DNA from: a virus
Taxonomy: Duplodnaviria; Caudoviricetes
Direction: 5' to 3' (one strand)
Virus record (IMG/VR): IMGVR_UViG_3300046467_000865
Coordinates: 1-64,000 of that record
Length of the DNA: 64,000 bases
In this document: piece by piece, positions 63,999 to 64,000 of the stretch
Numbering within the stretch: position 1 is the first letter of the stretch
Layout of the letters: the number at the start of each line of letters is the position of its first letter
The notes under the pieces: generated by a model
The model's database searches: none
What the model saw: only the letters and a program-made list of their open reading frames with translations
What the model was told of the DNA's origin: nothing
Made by a program: the position numbers and the translations under genes

Positions 63999-64000
63999 CT

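Larger units (their letters stand above)
1..64000 (-). mobile_element. Segment of a large dsDNA bacteriophage genome (no integrase or att site seen)
   Basis: Single coding strand; compact overlapping genes; phage-type mix of replication, recombination and nucleotide genes (primase, DnaB, RecA, ThyX, NrdJ, dUTPase, PhoH), two short sigma factors, one tRNA and many small unknown ORFs; no ribosomal or other core cellular operons. Confidence 0.88.

Noticed and set aside
1-64000. Stop-codon reassignment
   Set aside because: Genes tile the strand under the standard code, with TAA (phoH), TAG (dCMP deaminase) and TGA (VOC) all acting as stops at coupled junctions
1-64000. Cellular (e.g. CPR or planctomycete) chromosome
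   Set aside because: No ribosomal or core operons; single-strand coding, short sigma factors, phage-type dNMP kinase and many small orphans favour a virus, though no capsid or terminase gene is in the window to confirm it

Overview
This window looks like a 64 kb slice of a large (jumbo-type) dsDNA bacteriophage genome, probably infecting Planctomycetota. The host call is inference from a Tat-signal DUF1501 gene, secreted S1 proteases and a Kuenenia-like ALDH. Every credible gene is on the minus strand, tightly packed with ATGA/TAATG overlaps, and uses the standard code. Contents from left to right: (1) a ~13 kb glycosylation island (GT2/GT4/CgeB-like transferases, sugar nucleotidyltransferases, methyltransferases); (2) sigma factor, SSB and a bacterial-type replisome whose DnaE (Pol III alpha) is split without an intein into two genes 6.85 kb apart, with a lysine/arginine catabolism cluster (LysDH, Lat, amidinotransferase, ALDH, VOC dioxygenase; an OCD-family gene lies just upstream) nested between the halves; (3) Cas4-like nuclease, ThyX, dNMP kinase, primase, DnaB, RecA; (4) small unknown genes, tRNA-Arg(UCU) abutting phoH, dUTPase, class II RNR, SNase, dCMP deaminase; (5) GDP-fucose synthase and an envelope-targeted module (holin-like and micro membrane proteins, two secreted trypsin-like proteases, a permuted NlpC/P60 enzyme); (6) a second sigma factor, a membrane-anchored metallothionein-like peptide, a second glyco cluster, a split radical SAM/SPASM pair, IscA/HesB, DUF1501 and a membrane-anchored RuvA-CTD-like protein. 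Best candidates for an undescribed system are the amino-acid catabolic operon nested inside the split polymerase and the protease-based envelope/lysis module. All family calls come from motif recognition by eye; no searches were run.
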